Source: Eledone cirrhosa (taxonomy: Eukaryota). From it: a DNA stretch of 64,000 nt. Positions 23,139-36,953 of this stretch are shown one piece after another (within the stretch, counting starts at the first letter, position 1; every line of letters begins with the position of its first letter). The translations under genes and the position numbers were made by a program. The stretch is from NCBI GenBank assembly GCA_964016885.1, contig OZ024754.1, positions 11,098,001-11,162,000 on the forward strand. The letters are read 5' to 3'. The notes below the pieces were generated by a model that saw only the letters and a list, made by a program, of their open reading frames with translations, searched no databases and was not told the DNA's origin.

Positions 23139-24410
23139 CAGCGGGTCGGCAACCTTACGGCCCGCGAGAACTGATGCCCAATAAATTGTTTATTTAAAAT
23201 TTGAATTTATTGTAATATGAAAGACGAGAATTTCGAATACAATAAAAGGTCTGCCATTAAAATAAATAGAATTATTCAGATGTAAACTTTTTTATTTTAA
23301 TTTTAATTTTAATTTTATTCGTAGGAAAAAATGTCGACAATGAATGCAAAACGAAGAAAGGTAAGATACTGAATGCCGAATTTTCCAAGAAACTTGGACA
23401 TTAGATTACATCTTCATTGAGCACAGTGGAAAACCCGATTTGTCTCATATGTCTAGAAAGTATTGCTGTGAATAAGGTAGCAAATATTAGGCAACATTAC
23501 AACACGAACCATTGTATATCTAGAAAGTATTGCTGTGAATAAGGTAGCAAATATTAGGGGACATTACAAGACGAACCATTGTATGTCTAGAAAGTATTGC
23601 TGTGAATAAGGTAGCAAATATTAGGCGACATTACAACACGAACCATTGTATGTCTAGAAAGTATTGCTGTGAATAAGGTAGCAAATATTAGGGGACATTA
23701 CAAGACGAACCATTGTATATCTAGAAAGTATTGCTGTGAATAAGGTAGCAAATATTAGGGGACATTACAAGACGAACCATTGTATGTCTAGAAAGTATTG
23801 TTGTGAATAAGGTAGCAAATATTAGGCAACATTACAACACGAACCATTGTATGTCTAGAAAGTATTGCTGTGAATACGGTAGCAAATATTAGGCGGCATT
23901 ACAAGACGAACCATTGTGTAAATTTTAAGACATTTACTGGACGAGCAAGGAAAGATGATGTTGAGCAGTTAAGTCTACTTTTGGAAAACAAACGTCATTT
24001 TTTTTTTAAAGAGAAAAGACGAAAATGTGGCAAATACAATTGCCAGCTATGAAGTCTCAAAACACATCGCTGAAAACATGAAACCTTTTACAGATGGTGA
24101 TTCTTTTAAAGACTGCTTATTGGCAGTATTGGATATTGTTTGTCCAGAAAAAAAGTTGTTATTTGAAACTATCAGCCCGTCTCCGAGGACGATCACACGG
24201 CAGGTTGAAGAAATGTCAGCAGATGTTAAAAAATCAATTAATCAACACCTTCAGTGAATTACAATATTTTCCAATTGCAGTCAATGAGAGTAAAGACTTA
24301 AGTGACACTGCACAACTTGCTGTCTTTGTGCAAGGAGTGACTTCAACTTTTCAGATCTTTGAAGAATTTATTCAGTTAATTCCTATGAAGGAAACCATAA
24401 CCGGAGCAGA
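23139..24410 (+). pseudogene. hAT (SPIN/Buster, GTF2IRD2-like) transposase pseudogene, 3'-truncated
   Basis: TIR-like CAGCGGGTCGGCAACC; ATG at 23331; KRRKV..ECRIFQETW..ICLICLESIAVNKVANIRQHY..H (BED finger); ASYEVSKHIAENMKPFTDG; NESKDLSDTAQLAVFVQGV; several frameshifts. Confidence 0.88.
23449..23917. repeat. 67-bp tandem repeat x7 derived from the BED zinc-finger sequence
   Basis: CTAGAAAG recurs at 23453, 23520, 23587, 23654, 23721, 23788 and 23855. Confidence 0.95.
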
Positions 24411-25186
24411 CTGTTACATCAGACATGCTACAGCATGTTTTTCAAGAGCTGGACAACCGACTTCACGTGGGTCGTGTCAAGCACATATTGAACATTTGTG
24501 AAGATTTGTGAAACCAGTTATATAATCTACATCCCAGTGAATTTCTTGTTCGAATTTCGATCAATAAATCTCGTATTGTTCAACATGAAACCTATTTAAT
24601 TTCGTTTGTCTAGGACATGTAGTTACTCAGATATTCACACCTCAAACGATGCCAATTTTGGGGGTGCACCATATATACATACATATCGAAATGGTAAGAG
24701 CTTAACTGTAGGGCAGAAAATCCTTATAATAAATATATGTGTGTATAGAGAGAGAGAAAGAGAGATAGGGAGGGAGAGACAGTTATAAAAGAGTATACAA
24801 TTGATATAGGTCGCTGTGGTATTCTAGCGTTTTAGTAATCCAACCTGTTAAATCAGTGATGTTTCAATGTTGCAATTCCCTCCCTTCCATTCTACATTAT
24901 TTGTTTGAAGCTTATACTCCTTGATAAATTTTATAGCAAGGCACATTGGACACTGGAAAAGTTCCTTTATTTTCCTCGGAAGAAGAGATATTAATCTCAA
25001 AATATTAGAACATGAATAAACTAAAGTAAAAAAAAATTTTTTTAAACCCTGTTTCTTACAATTGATTTTTTTCTATCCAACCCTGCATTGTCGTGGTTTT
25101 CAAACTTCAAATTCTTTATTTTATATAATTTATTTCATAATGGGATGAACGATAAATTTTGTTAAAACAAAATTATAAAATGTTTG

Positions 25187-25225
<39 letters not shown>

Positions 25226-28200
25226 TAAAAAAAAAAACAAAAAGTAAACCACACTTCAGCAGCTAGCTTGGACTCAACAATCTCCCTGTATCTCTTTGTC
25301 AGACACTTTATAAATCAGACATGGCATGGCTGTGTGGTTAAGAAGTTCACTTAACAAGCATCTGATGTCAGGTTCAATTCCACTGCATGCCACTTTGGCC
25401 AGGTGTACTCTATTATAACCTTGGACTGAACAATACCTTGCATAAATTTGGTAGATGGAAACTATGAGGAAGCCTAACCTGTTTAGTTGAAAGTACCTTT
25501 AGTGCAGTTATGGATATATTGTCCAAAAGTGAGGACATCTCAACATTTGTAAGCATGGTCACCTTCAAGCAAAATTAAATGGATTTGTTCCTCAGTTTTA
25601 TAGCATAGAGGGCATTCAATCAAATGAAGGTTTTTTATAGCAAAGAATATGTTATTACTCTTTCTTCTGGATTGCCCTTAATAAAGTGCTTTTGGCCTTC
25701 ATAATAGCATATTCGGGCATTAAACGAAATAGAAGTTTTGTGATCCATTAAAATCATAATTTATTTTATTTGATTGCAATTACTGTATATCCTCAAATAT
25801 AAGCCAATCCAATTATAAGCCAATCCAATTATAAGCTGTGTGTGTGTGTGTGTGTGTAATATTTTTGTAGGTGCGTCTGTGTTTGCACGTTTACATTTAT
25901 ATACTCATACATATAAATGTATACATATGAATCAGCGTGATGAAAAGTATTTTACAAAGCTAAAATATCAAAGAATTCAAGAAACACGAGATTCATAATA
26001 TTTTATCACTCCATTGCAATAGGTTTATTATATTTGAAATACAAAAAAAAAAAAAAAATTCATAAATTTCTGACCATGATAGCATTTCATACTTTTAGGA
26101 TTGGTCAAATGTTAAGCTTCAGAAAAAAAAAAGAAATCATTTAAAGCTAAGATTTAAAAAAAAAAGAAAGAAAAAAGATAGAGAAGAAGAGATGGATGGA
26201 TGGATGGACAGTGGAAAGAGTTAAATTAGGCATGAGTAGAGAGCAAAGAAGAGAAAAAAGCTGAAAGGCATTTACACAAACATGAGGAAATAGGTAGGCA
26301 AAGAACAACCAATGTTCTGAGAGATTATATTGAGAAAAAGTAGACAAAGCTATCAACATCAACAAAAAGACACTTTTTTTTTAAAGAGTTAATTAAAGGA
26401 CAGAGACTAAAACTGTTGATGCCCAGCTGTCAAAACTGAAAGCAGTTCATCTTGTTCAAGCTTTGATATTTTATAACAAAGTAAAATATAAAATGGTAGT
26501 ATGTACATACACACCAAAATTGACTAGTCATTTATTCTGAGAACATATATCCTTTCCACCTCCCAAATACATATCTGAATTAGACAGTTATTGCTTCCCC
26601 AAGACCATTTTTTCTGATTGACACCTAATTGCTGATGATAACATTAGAAAGTTCTATGATAAAAAAAAAAAAATCTGCTTAAAATAATGATTGAACACAA
26701 AATGGTCATCAAATTTCCGACGTGTGTATGTGCTTGCGTATGTCTGTGTGTACACGCGTGTACATGTGTGTACAATGTATATAGTACCAGTGTTCTGTAT
26801 GCTTTACAAAATTCTTCTCACCTGGAAAAACAAATAATTGAAAGTCACAAGACTTTGCAAAAGAAAACATTCTGAGAAGTCTAGAGTTTTAAAAAAAAAA
26901 GGAAAAAGAAAAACAAAGAAAAAAAACAAGACCATACTAAGAAATTGTTAGCAAAAGTTGATTTATTGTGGCTGGTCAGAAGAGTTGTTTCTAGAAGGAA
27001 GATCAGACTAGCAACACTATCAGTAAGTAAGCCAAGCCTTAATACAATCAGGTGAATTTTGGAGCCTACACTTCGTAAATATACAGTTTTAGGATTTCGA
27101 CAGAATGACAACACACCAGTGTTAAACTTCTTAAAATGGGTCACAACATACTCAGGTGAAAATATTGGATTGATAATAAAGTGACCAGTAAATAAATGAA
27201 TATGTTCAGTCAAGGTTATATAAAAAATGTTTTAGAAGACAAGTAGAATATTGTAAAAGACAAAGATAGCTAATAGAGTTGATTTAATGATAGAATCTCC
27301 CCTCCACCAACTCACAAATAAACAACATACGCATTCACACATTTCCTATAGCTTTGTTTTTTTGTTGCTTTTTTTATATTTAGTTTTTGTGTGTGTGTGT
27401 GTGTGTGTGTGCGTATGTGCAGTAAACAAGGAATGTAGACACAAATTTTGTTTAGTGTATGATCCATATGAAGACATCCAACTCCATTTACATAATACAC
27501 AAATAAAGGCTGCAATGAAAATAATCTAAAGAAGTGTGGGTTTTTTTGTTTTTTTTTATTTCACTAAGGACACTGAGATGAAGACAACTTCTGACTGCCA
27601 AAATAATTCTCTTTGTCAGCTTGGTTTCGGAAAACTGTGAAAGATAATTGTTTCTACTTTTGGCACAAGGCCAGCAATTACCCCAGTACGTTACTGGTAC
27701 TTTATTTTATCGACCCCCGTAAGGATGAAAGGCAAAGTTAACCTCGGCGGGATTTGAACACAGAATGTAAAGGGCCGTAACTATGCTGCAAAGCCTGGCA
27801 TCTGACCCTCTACCAATACTGCCAATCCACCGCCCTTGTGACACACAATAATAATAATAATAATAATAATAATAATTTGCACTTTGACCCCACCTTTCTT
27901 ATCAAATGACCAGACAGTTTGTACAACAGCAATTCACATATTTCAAAAAATTCTCACATAATTATTTATGATTATCACTTTGAGCTTCTTCCACTAGAAC
28001 AATTATAATTATTAGAAACAACAAAAAGAAATACAACTTCACAAATCTTAGAGATGGTTAGTAAACATCACAAACACCATGAAACCATCACATTTTCAAA
28101 GACTTCCTTATTCTACAGTTATCTAAATGGAACACAAATCATTAAGTGCACATTTTGCCATCAACTCTTGAGCATATTTCTTTCCTTCTGAATGGACTTG

Positions 28201-28787
28201 GGAACAGAGCCAAAACATTGATTTGCAATTTCCAACAGTGATTAGCAATTTCCAAATGTTGATTAGCAATTTCCAATTTCTAGGATAATTTCAAATGCTA
28301 GCAGCAAAATGTATCTCTATCATTCAAAGTTAAATGGTGCAGAATCACAGTACTGGTCATCTTAATATCTAGCCAACAATATATCAATTGATCCATAAAA
28401 TCCCACACCTCGTTCGCTTACCGACATGGGTAGAACTCATCAAATCGGACCAGGGAAACAATGTTTCCATTGCTGATACAATCTACCAGTTGCAACTACT
28501 GGCAGAAAGAGTAACGTGAAATAAAGTTTCTTGCTCAAGGACAACATCGCTCTGTCCTGGAATCAACCTCGCAACCTTACAATTGCGAATCCAATTCTTT
28601 AACCATCAAGCCATGTGCCTTCAGAACAATATATTAACCAGACATTTTTTAAATGTTAACTACCAAATGAAAAAGATTATGGGAAGAGGGAATTTACACT
28701 CACTGAAGAACAAAAATAGATTTTAACAATCAAAATTGTCTAAAATGTAAAGTTATTGAAGTGTAACAAATTTGAAATTGGTGAACA

Positions 28788-29015
28788 TTAACCCTTTAGC
28801 ATTTAAACCGGCCATATCCAGCCAGAATTCTTTCACCTCTTTCAGTTCAAACTGACCGTAACTGGCTGCTCATACTGATGTTAAGTATTGTTCTCAAAAT
28901 AAGTAATATCAAAATCTCTTAGATTTGATATTATGTGAGATAATTATTTAAGATTAAGCCGTTACCATGAAAATACAACAGTCAATATAGAGTAATGTGA
29001 ATGTTAAAGGGTTAA
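28788..29015. mobile_element. TTAA-flanked (piggyBac-type) MITE, ~225 bp
   Basis: Termini TTAA-CCCTTTAGCATTTA...TAAAGGG-TTAA. Other copies at 39403-39631, 40108-40333, 46693-47128 (tandem pair), 50370-50580, 53561-54108, 58019-58918, 59042-59224, 61141-61352, 62734-62947. Confidence 0.88.
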
Positions 29016-30258
29016 ACATTATAATTTAAGCTTCCTTGTCTCCTAGTTACAGGCAATTAACAAAACATCCTTCACACACACAACTTCCACCCACTCCTTA
29101 CAACTATCTTCAGTGTCAATAATATCGTCTTACTACCTGCCTCTAACAGTATCATTTCACACACACACACACACACACACACCTATAATTGTGGGAACCG
29201 AGTCTTTTTCTCCAATTTTGTTTCCAAGTTATTTACTTGTCTGGTTTTGAACCTTAAAATTATTAGCAATCCAGTTATTGCTGCCATTTTATTATCAATA
29301 CAGGGTGTCCCCCAAAAATGTATACACACCTTGATTATTTTGCTGTTGGAGTGTGTATATATTTTTATGGGGGGGGGGGGGGACACCCTGTATTCATATG
29401 GCTTTACTTTCCAATAAAACAGGAAGACAAGTTAAATTTAACAAAAGAAATACAAAAAAAAAACCCATCATAATAAACAGACAAAATGTCAACTTCAGCA
29501 ATGAGTGTATTTAGTGTGGAAGAGAGAGGGGGGAGAAAGAGAGGGAAAGACAAAGAGAGAGGGGGTCAAAGAGAGAGAGATAGGCGAGAGACACAGAGAG
29601 AGAGGGGGGGGAGAGACACAGAGATAGGGGAGGGGGACAAAGAGAGATAGGGGAAGAGGTAAAGAGAGAGGGAGAGACAAAGAGATGGGGGAGAGACACA
29701 CAGAGATGGGGGGGAGACAGAGAGAGATGGGGGAGAGACACAGAGAGAGATGGGGGAGAGACACACAGAGAGAGATGGGGGAGAGACATAGGGGAGGGGG
29801 GGACAAGAGAGACAATAGTCTCTAAATTGCATTTAAAAAAAAAAAAGTTTATTTCTGCAATCATAAACTGCAAAAAAAAAAAAAAAGGCTTTTATCTCTT
29901 CCTGAAGGAGTAAAAAAAAAAAATAGGAAGAAATTATATGTGTACAGTCTATCACATTGATGTGTAATTTTAGCAAATTTATACAGACAAACCCAATATG
30001 CATGCAAACACACATACACACATGCGCGCACACACAAGCAAGCAAAGACACACACACACACACACACACACACAGACGCACACAGACACACACACACTTC
30101 TTTGCACATATCCAAGATAAGTGAACAGTTGATGATGGCCTAGGTTTAATGGGAATCAATGAACCAAGAGAGTCGGTGGATCACGGGATGGAAGGGAAGT
30201 AGGAAAAGCTCGGAGAAGGACCAGGAATATAGGCAGTGATCAACTGCTCTGCTCACAG

Positions 30259-30372
30259 TTAAAGAATGATGCACTTCTTCTTGCGTCGGTCTCCATTGTG
30301 CTTCTTGCCGTTATTCTGTCGACTGGCAGCCATTTTCCGAGAACTGATTTCTCTCATCAAATCATAAAATAC
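30259..30372 (-). CDS. Ral: Ral GTPase coding exon 4 (last)
   Basis: Acceptor TTGTAG|, then VFYDLMREISSRKMAASRQNNGKKHNGDRRKKKCIIL*; polybasic tail plus CAAX; 114 nt; too short for the ORF track. Confidence 0.96.
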   Translation of the reverse strand, partial: VFYDLMREISSRKMAASRQNNGKKHNGDRRKKKCIIL

Positions 30373-31964
30373 CTACAAGCAAAAGTGAAGGAGAAATGAT
30401 AGGGAGAAGCAGCAAAACAACGGATTGGTAGAGGGGGGGGGGTATAAAACAAAAACGAAGAGCAAATAAATTTGGTCAAATTTTCAAGGAAAAAAAAATG
30501 AGGAAAAAGAGAACAAGTGGTTCAACAGCAGCAATCTGAAAATTCTTTAACTTTATTATTATTATTATTATTATTATTACTACTACTATTAAATCGACCC
30601 CAGTATGTGACTGGTATTTTCCCTTACGGGGTCGATAAAAGAAAGTACCAGTCATACACTGGGGCCGATTTAATTGACTTTCCCCTCCCCTAAAATCGCT
30701 GGCCTTGTGCCTATATAAGAAACCATTATTGTTTTATTTTGTTTTTTGCACCTATTTTTCTATAAAATAGACATTGTTATTTGCAGATATTCAAAGAACA
30801 AGTATTTAATAGATATTTTCCTAATGCCAACTACACAGCTGTGAGGCAAGAATTACTGATACAGATATTGTTTTGTTTTCGTTTGGAAGATTAGGCACAA
30901 GATTAGGCCCAATAACAGCAGTAGCTTTTGGATATAGAATTCAGCTAGAACCATATCAATTCCTCACTACATTTAATAGACAATATGCCCCCACCGCAAG
31001 GTGGTCGTGGAGGTGCCACGGCAAAAAAGGACCCAGCCCACACTGTAAAGTGGACGTGTAGGCGCCACGAAAAAGCACCCAGCACTCACTGTAAATGAGG
31101 TTGGTGTTAGGAAGGGCATCCAGCTGTAGAAATCAAGCCAAATCAGTTCCTGTATGAGCAAGGCATGGTCAGCCGACCAGACACTGCCCACAACAGAACA
31201 ACCCGTCTAACCCATGCTAGTGTGGAAGAACGGACGTAAAACGGTGATGATGATGATTTATCAGAATATCAAAAATGTTCATCAAGCACCGACAGACCCC
31301 TACATTAAAATTTAATTATTGCTCTTATTTAATTAATTAGGGTGTATTTATCTATTATTTAAATGCATTTAATAAGTAAAGGTAGTAAATAAAGAGAATT
31401 TTCTAAAGGAAGACTGCACTAAAATGATTCCCACTACACGACCACAGAACTTCAACCTAACAAATTGATTATATAATGTTTTCACTCCTTACCACTGATC
31501 ATAACATATTTACATCAGAGATTTTCTAAACCAGCAAGAACCTTGGCCAATCTCATTGTGTAACGTAGGCAATGGGATTCAGTCAGGTGTCTGATCCTAG
31601 TGATTTGGCCAGCTGTGATTCTACCCAGGGTTAATATTCTCATGTAATTACATTAGCACCATTAATTAATGGCAAACAACTTGAGAACAATTTTTGATTA
31701 ATACTAAAATTATCAGATTTCTCTTTCATTATATGTTATTAGTTAGCAGTTCAGAAAAATTTAGAAATAGATCTACATTGATTGCAAATACAAGCGACTG
31801 AAATGGGGTTCCTCTGACAGGTCTTTGGAATAATGTTACTCGATAGATTGCATAGCTGGGAAATGAGAGGGTCGCTTCAGGTACAGTTGCTACTTCCTCG
31901 AATTGAGAGATCACAGCTTTGATATTACAGACATGTGGTTAGAATGTCTCAAGAAAGAATTGAT

Positions 31965-32155
31965 AGACAGATTTTACAGGCAAAAACCAACCGGCAGGAG
32001 ACCCAGGGGTAGACTGCGAGCAAAATGGCTGGACACATCGAGGACCTCACTTAAGGATCCAGTCAGATCAATTGAAGACAGTTGCTTCTGACAGGACCCG
32101 CTGGAAGAAGTGTTTGAGGACTCTGCCCCCATGACCCTCCAGGAATAAGTGAGCA
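31965..32155 (+). mobile_element. RTE LINE 3'-end fragment family
   Basis: Encodes KPTGRRPRGRLRAKWLD..VASDRTRW. Copies at 45160-45345, 45620-45740 (minus) and 62450-62640. Confidence 0.7.
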
Positions 32156-34156
32156 AAGACTATATCAGTCTAGACAATCAGAAGATCTGTAGACTGATGT
32201 CTTTTCTAAGCACAAAGTCAATGTTGTAAAAAGAGATAAGCAAAGTCAGCCATTTTAATTTCAGTATATTATAAGCACTTGTTTTATGATCCCTAAGAAA
32301 GTTGAGGGTTGTAACTGACTTTTGATAAAAAATTTTTTAGCTTGGAACCAAATGAGACTGACTAAATATTGAAAAGCATTCAGCCCAAAGTTCTACTGCG
32401 TTGATCATTTCTACAACCTTAAACTATACGAAACTGAATGCTGGAACTAATAACAGAAAAAGGGGTTAACTGGAAGTAAACAATTCAAATAGTAAGATCA
32501 GGAATAAACAAAGGGTGGGAGAGGATATGAAGAAGGACAAAAAGAAAAGAACTGTTTGGATTAATAAAAGCACAAGAAATTAGCAGATTAAAAACAAGGG
32601 AAAGGGAAATTACTGGATATTTGTGCATTTCTGCTTTTTTTAAGAATTGCCAATAAAACTTTAGAAAACTAACTGCAAATATTACAAAATAGTGCATTTC
32701 TTTTTATGTTTGGAGCCTTTTCTGTGGCTTGAATTATTGGCATGTTGGGACTGGGAAGAACCAACAGAGAGTTTCCATTTCTGACTTAATGATAATAGAT
32801 TATAAAACACCTGGAAGAAGAAAAAAAACAGTTTACATAATTGTGCTTTACTGCTTTTGTTAAAAATGGTAGTGGTAAAAGAATGGTGACCAGTACCATT
32901 GCAATGATACTTTGATACAGAAAGATTTGGAATGGTGTAATCTAATTAGTTATTTTTCTTTTGTTTTTTTTTAATATCTAATATATGTAATTAAATATCA
33001 TTTAACGCCCACTTTCCCTGCTAGCAAGGGTTGGACAGGTCTACATATAACTATAACATATTCATGACTAGAGTATTAAGACTTGTACAGGCTCGCCCCT
33101 TATTTCCCTTTGTTGTGCAACTCTTTTGTCATAAATGAGTTTCGAACACTTTGCTTTTCTCAAGACATTATTTCTGGCAGTGGGTTGGCAGTATCAGTAG
33201 AGGGTCAGACACCTTCTTTGCAGCAAAGAGTTACGGCTCTTTGTGGTCCGACTTCAAATCCCGCCGAGGTTAACTTTGCCTTTCATCCTTATGGGGTCGA
33301 TAAAATAAAGTACCAGTAATGTACTGGGGAATTTGCTGGCCTTGTGCCAAAGGTAGAAATAATTATTTCTGAAGTTCTCAGCACAAAATGACGAAAGCGC
33401 TTTGATGGCTAACAAAGAAGAGTTCCACAACGGAGATAAAAGACATTAAATGACCACTACACTAAATATCTGCTCAAATTAGCTACATTCAATTACATTG
33501 AGTTTAAATCAACCCAAGGTTAAATTTGCCTTTCATCTCTCTGGAGTTGAAAAAATAAGTACCAGGCATGTACGGAGGGTGATGTTAAAAACAATTATAC
33601 CCCTCACTTATAAATACTTAAAAATATCTAAAAATGGGTTTGTTGATTCAAATGTTTGTAGTTTTGTAGCATTTTTACTGGTGGACAGATTGTTGGAAAG
33701 ATTTGCAAGTTTAGAATAAAGACGAATTTTTAGTGTGATACAGTAATAGTGTTGTTTTGAACATTTCAAGAATGTTTTACAAATGTGACTGTGTTAAGAG
33801 TTAATAAAACAATTTATATATACAACTACAAATATTAGATGTTAAGAGTTAATAAAACAATCTATATACAACTTTAGATAGTTTTTATTTCATTTTGTTT
33901 CTATTCTCTAAGGAATTTTGTGTTTTAAATGTACCCTTTAGTTTTGACCTGCTGTTGTGGAATCACTCATCCAATATCATCAATAACAGACAATACAGAA
34001 ACCATGCACAAATATGAGAAAGGTGAGGTTTCTCAGATCTGTCTAACTATAGACAGTGACATCTCTTCCAGTTCATGCCAGCATGGAAGGTACCCAGTAA
34101 AATGATGATGATGATGATGATGATGATACATTGACCAATAATTACACAATTCTTAC

Positions 34157-34331
34157 CTTATCAACATTAGCCCTTGTTTTAGCTGAAGTTTCTACATAAG
34201 ACACATTCCATTGTACCGCTCTTTGACTAGCTTCATCTGCACTGACTTGACGTTTGTCTTCAAGATCAGCTTTGTTGCCGACTAGTAGGAATGGAATATT
34301 GTCATCGTTTTTAACTCTTAGAATTTGTTCA
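34157..34331 (-). CDS. Ral: Ral GTPase coding exon 3
   Basis: TCTCAG|[24 protein letters not shown]...[14 protein letters not shown]|GTAAGA; G4 and G5 motifs; 175 nt. Confidence 0.97.
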
Positions 34332-34368
34332 CTGAGAAAGAAAAACAAAAACAACATATCATAAATGG

Positions 34369-34790
34369 TTCCTTTATTGTCGACGAGGGCCATAAACACC
34401 AAAGACAATACAATTAACAAAGACAGCGGAGATTTACATAATACAAATTGGGGGGGGGGGGGGTATAAAAGTAACAGTAAATAACAGAATTCCCCAAATC
34501 AGGAGGGGGAACATCAAAGAACCCCATAGATCCGAGATCATCCCAACTACCAAGACCACCTAGAGGCAAGTGCTCTTCTTTCTTCCATTCTTTCCAAGTC
34601 TATAGGCATGTCCTTACAGCAAGCCCATTCATTTGGGCCATGCTCACTACATTTACCCACAATTTAACAAATATACAGGGCGTGAGGGCTGGAGACAACT
34701 CCCTCCACCACCCTCACCTTTCTTCCCAAGTGAAACTTAAAAAAGTTGATAAGGGCTTGGCTGAAGAGGAATGTGACTGGCCTCAGTCCT
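34369..34790 (-). mobile_element. Tx1-like LINE 3' end within a Ral intron, sense orientation
   Basis: TFLFSQALINFFKFHLGR...WVNVVSMAQMNGLAVRTCL* is homologous to the C-terminus of the 11347 ORF; terminus GCCCTCGTCGACAATAAAGGAAC. Confidence 0.8.
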
Positions 34791-34881
34791 TTCAGTTTCA
34801 TCCACCACAACAACATCCAATCAATACATATTTGGTGACATTCAATTCATTTCATATATCATCATCATCGTTTATTTAACA

Positions 34882-34912
<31 letters not shown>

Positions 34913-35602
34913 CCCTCTATTAAATTCACACACTTAAAAATTATCATTATCAACATTTGAATATTTGAATTTCATTAACAGTTAATTGATATATTTTAGT
35001 AGCATAGGACAAGCTTTTAAAAACCAGTTTTAAGCACCCAGTCCACCCGATAAGATGGTTGTATTGGTACCATGTCAAAAAGCACCTAGTCCACCTTTTT
35101 CGGTGGTTGGCATTAGGAAGGGGATCCAGCCATAGAAAACCTTGCCAAAAAGAGTATGAGCAAGAGGTGTATTACAAGATTGCCTTAAAAAAAGCTATTT
35201 CTCTTTTTTTTTACAGACCCGTAACTCCTGATGGACTTGTAGGGAAGCTGTTGTGACATATGGCATGTCTTGGATACTTTAAACCTGACAGAGCCCATCC
35301 CCTCTCCAGGTCTAAACACAGCCACTTTCTTCCAGAGCAGGAGTCAGGGTGACAGAGAAGAGGAAGTGAGAAAGAAATATAGAAGAATCGACATCAGTAC
35401 TAAACTGGTACTTTTTTTTTTATCAACCTCAAAAGAATGAAAGACAAAGTTGACCTCAGTGGGATTTGAAGTCAAGTACAGAGCTGGAATGAAGACTGCA
35501 AAGTATTCTATCCAATGTTTGAATGATTGTCAATTGACAGCCTCTAAAGAAAGCTTTATAAACATTTAAAAGTGCAAAAAGAAATAAAGGAACACGTACT
35601 CA

Positions 35603-35857
<255 letters not shown>

Positions 35858-36109
35858 TTATACATCAATTACTGTTACTTCCTCGATTAGTAGAACCATA
35901 AAAGCTCAATAAAAATTAGATGTGAAAATATAATTCGTTCCATGCATAGAGTACTACCCTGATTTGAGGCCACCCCAGTATTGGTGCAGCAGACATATAT
36001 ATATATATGACACAGGACCGAGACCTCTGGTGTTATGCAGTAATACAGAAGACCCGACTTCCCACGGGTACAAGCCGAAGCTGAAGCATATAGACAGTAT
36101 GCTCCTACT

Positions 36110-36505
36110 GTTAAGTGGTCGTGTAGGTGTCATGACAAAAAAGCACCCAGTCCTCACTGAAAAGTAGTCGTGTAGGTGTCATGACAAAAAAGCACCCAGT
36201 CCTCACTGTAAAGTAGTCGTGTAGGTGTCATGACAAAAAAGCACCCAGTACTCACTGTTAAGTGGTCGTGTAGGTGTCACGACAAAAAAGCACCCAGTCC
36301 ACACTGTAAAGTAGTCGTGTAGGTGTCATGACAAAAAAGCACCCAGTACTCACTGTTAAGTGGTCGTGTAGGTGTCACGACAAAAAAGCACCCAGTCCAC
36401 ACTGTAAAGTAGTCGTGTAGGTGTCATGACAAAAAAGCACCCAGTACTCACTGTTAAGTGGTCGTGTAGGTGTCACGACAAAAAAGCACCCAGTCCACAC
36501 TGTAA
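36110..36505. repeat. 49-bp tandem repeat x8 inside a SINE
   Basis: GTGTAGG recurs at 36121, 36170, 36219, 36268, 36317, 36366, 36415 and 36464. Confidence 0.93.
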
Positions 36506-36953
36506 ATGAGGTTGGTGTTAGGAAGGGCATCCAGCTGTAGAAATCAAGCCAAAATCAGTTCTGTATGAGCATGACAGTCACCTGACCTGGCATTGCCCAC
36601 AACAGGACAACCCGTTTAACCCATGCTAGCGTGGAAGTATGGTCGTAAAACAGTGATGATGTGCGTGTGCATGCGTGCGTGCACACACACACACACGTGG
36701 CTGAGTGGTTAGAGAACTGGATTCGCAATCGTGAGGTTGTGAGTTCGATTCCCAGATCGGGTGATGCGTTACGTCCTTGAGCAAGACACTTTATTTCACG
36801 TTGCTCCTTCTACCAGGAGTTGCAACCGATAGATAGTATTAGCAATTGGAAAGACCAATGGAATCATTGTTTCCTCGGTACAATTTGACGAAGGTCGATC
36901 GACTGTCGATATATACACAATATAATAAATAAAACCATCTCTCTTATTTATTA

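Larger units (their letters stand above)
22968..24672 (+). pseudogene. Tc1/mariner (Tc3-like) transposase remnant split by a hAT insertion
   Basis: QMFQNWLF..YLNENLPERWI...KWPPRS (22968-23137) and VTSDMLQHVFQELDNRLHV..AHIEHL* (24410-24501). Confidence 0.7.

Noticed and set aside
34142-34420. Stand-alone 92-aa GTPase ORF
   Set aside because: It is Ral exon 3 read through into intron sequence.
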